NCBI GenBank assembly: GCA_016867235.1
Contig: VGJY01000001.1
Span: 4,038 to 68,037 of the forward strand
Reading direction: 5' to 3'
Origin: Candidatus Tanganyikabacteria bacterium
GTDB lineage: Bacteria > Cyanobacteriota > Sericytochromatia > S15B-MN24 > VGJW01
DNA length: 64,000 nt
Shown here: one piece after another, positions 62,244-64,000 of the stretch
How positions within the stretch are numbered: position 1 is the first letter of the stretch
How the letters are laid out: each line of letters begins with the position of its first letter
Translations under genes and position numbers: made by a program
Notes under the pieces: generated by a model
What the model was told of the DNA's origin: nothing
The model's database searches: none
The model's input: only the letters and a program-made list of their open reading frames with translations

Positions 62244-63662
62244 TTACGAGGAGGCAACGGGAGCCTTCAGGCGGTCGATGGCCTCTCCGAGGCGGCGCAA
62301 CGTGCGCTCCCGGCCGAGCAGGTGCGCGACCTCGAACATGCCCGGAGATACCTTCCCGCCGGTGAGCGCGACCCGCACGGGCTGGATCACCTGGCCGGCC
62401 TTCAAGCCCGACTCGCCGGCCTGCTCGCGGAAGGCCGCCTCGATCGCCGGGACGGTCCACTCGGAGAGCGCGCCAAGCTTGCCGGCCAGCGCTTCCAGGA
62501 CCGGGAGGATATTCGGCGTCAGCAGCTCCTGGCGGGCCGCCTCGTCCCAGGTGAGATCGTCCGCGAAGAAGTAGCGCGCCTGGTCGACCAGATGGACCAG
62601 CGTGCGGCTCCGCTCGATGAGGGCGGCGACTACTCCCGGCAGGCGCGGTTCGGCGGCGCCCGGCGCGATGAGCCCGCGCGCTTCGAAGTAGGGGCGCGCG
62701 CGGCGCGCTATTTCCTCTACTCCCAGGCGCCGGATCCAGTCCCCGTTGAGCCACTCGAGCTTGGCATAATCGAACACGGCGGCGGACTTTCCGACGCCGG
62801 AGAGGTCGAAGGCGGCGATCATCTCGTCCCTCGTGAAAATCTCCTGGTCGCCGCTGGCCCACCCCAGGCGCGCGATGTAGTTGACAAGCGCCTCGGGCAG
62901 GTAGCCGTCGTCGCGGAACGCCTGGATGGAGACCGCGCCGTGACGCTTGGACAGGCGCTTCTTGTCGGGCCCGAGGATCATCGGAATGTGGCCGAAGCGA
63001 GGCTGCGGCAGGCCCAGCGCCTCGTACAGCATGACCTGCCTGGGCGTGTTGGAGAGGTGATCGTCGCCGCGCAGCACGCGGGTGATCCTCATGGCGGCGT
63101 CGTCCACGACCACGGCGAAGTTGTAAGTGGGGACGCCGTCCGCCTTCAAGACGATGAAGTCGTCGATCTCGGCGTTGTCGAAGCTCACGGCGCCATGAAT
63201 CAGGTCGTCGACCGTGGTCCGGCCCTCGTGCGGCGTGCGAAAGCGAATGGCACCTGGCACTCCGGCGTCGGCCCCGACGGGGGCGTCGGCGCAACGGCAC
63301 TTCTCAACGTGGTCAGGGTCGTCGGTCTTGGCCTGGCAAACGCACCGGTAGGCCTTGCCCGCGGAGAGCAGGCGCTCGGCCGCCTCCTGGTACATGGCGA
63401 GGCGCTCCATCTGGAAGTAGGGCCCGTCCGGCCCGCCGACCTCGGGGCCTTCGTCCCAGTCCAGGCCCAGCCAGCGGAGCGCGTCGAAGATGGCGGCCGT
63501 GTACTCGGCGGTGGACCGCGCGGTGTCGGTGTCCTCGATGCGGAGCACGAACGCGCCGCCTTGGTGGCGGGCCAGCAGCCAGTTGAAGAGCGCGGTGCGC
63601 GCCCCGCCGACATGCAGGTAGCCGGTGGGCGAGGGGGCGAAGCGAAGCCTGGGAGCGTCCAT
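62244..63662 (-). CDS. gltX: Glutamate--tRNA ligase
   Basis: Class I aaRS motifs HVGGARTALFN (HIGH) and KLSKR (KMSKS) with full-length GluRS similarity. Confidence 0.9.
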   Translation of the reverse strand: MDAPRLRFAPSPTGYLHVGGARTALFNWLLARHQGGAFVLRIEDTDTARSTAEYTAAIFDALRWLGLDWDEGPEVGGPDGPYFQMERLAMYQEAAERLLSAGKAYRCVCQAKTDDPDHVEKCRCADAPVGADAGVPGAIRFRTPHEGRTTVDDLIHGAVSFDNAEIDDFIVLKADGVPTYNFAVVVDDAAMRITRVLRGDDHLSNTPRQVMLYEALGLPQPRFGHIPMILGPDKKRLSKRHGAVSIQAFRDDGYLPEALVNYIARLGWASGDQEIFTRDEMIAAFDLSGVGKSAAVFDYAKLEWLNGDWIRRLGVEEIARRARPYFEARGLIAPGAAEPRLPGVVAALIERSRTLVHLVDQARYFFADDLTWDEAARQELLTPNILPVLEALAGKLGALSEWTVPAIEAAFREQAGESGLKAGQVIQPVRVALTGGKVSPGMFEVAHLLGRERTLRRLGEAIDRLKAPVASS

Positions 63663-63743
63663 TTGCCTCAATTATATCGGGCGGCGCGCCGGAGCCAAAT
63701 GGCGCGCGCGGGCGCTACTACCGGAGACGGAAGGTTGCGAGAG

Positions 63744-64000
63744 AGAGGACCAGGTTGCTGGTGGCCTTGCTCGCGGCCGGCACCGTCCTGGTGCCGGTCG
63801 CGGGAGATCAGTTCCGGTACTCGGTCTCTACCGGCGAGCACGTCACGCTCGAGGTGCTGCGCGTGGAGCCGCGCGCCGAGCAACTCGTCGCGACGGTGCG
63901 GGAGCGCCGGGTCTGGCCCGACGGCACGAGCGAGGAGGCGCAGTTCGACCTCGTCCGCACCGCCCAGGCACTCGCCTTGGACATGCCGCCGGCCGCCGAC
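63744..64000 (+). CDS. Partial CDS (5' portion), exported hypothetical protein
   Basis: Open frame to the window end that begins with a hydrophobic signal-like segment (LLVALLAAGTVLVPVAG) after a GAGAGAGAGG purine tract. Confidence 0.3.

Overview
High-GC (~68%) bacterial chromosomal window with no rRNA, tRNA or CRISPR that I can detect. The six-frame track is dominated by GC-driven shadow ORFs. Real genes were picked by recognisable family motifs, strong GC3 codon bias, signal peptides and operon context.

Main content, in order along the window:
1. Housekeeping genes: fni, a UshA-like 5'-nucleotidase, a SirC-like precorrin-2 dehydrogenase, tsaD, a BON-domain protein and ppiB.
2. A long minus-strand flagellar cluster with Bacillus-like class III organisation: (ParM-like actin ATPase, 668-aa coiled-coil protein), SLT transglycosylase, flgF, flgG, rod-binding protein, two TIGR03826/YvyF paralogs, a sigma-28 promoter, then flgM-flgN-flgK-flgL-fliW-csrA, followed by flhF-flhG.
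3. An accessory stretch: NHL lipoprotein, two tandem GH1 lipoproteins, vapBC, a VWA lipoprotein, two tandem FapA/DUF342 paralogs, a polysaccharide-deacetylase/DUF4015 fusion, and a DUF2225+cNMP-binding protein (with a paralog at 60.5-61.7 kb).
4. A repeat-rich island: a COG1373 AAA+ ATPase gene bracketed by ~95-bp direct repeats, a degenerate segment, a second COG1373 ATPase, and four tandem 23-bp repeats in front of a ~2070-aa alpha-2-macroglobulin carrying a CTEQ thioester motif.
5. After the island: M14 carboxypeptidase, moxR, a DUF58 protein, an LptD/OstA-like protein, a PRC-barrel protein, fliH, fliI, a clostripain-like C11 lipoprotein and gltX.

Non-coding highlights:
- A 177-bp MITE-like element with 15-24-bp terminal inverted repeats that supply the stop codons of two convergent genes.
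- A ~170-bp hairpin-containing interspersed element present twice, each time beginning exactly at a TGA stop codon.
- A flgK whose conserved N-terminus precedes any ATG/GTG/TTG in frame, which implies a CTG start.
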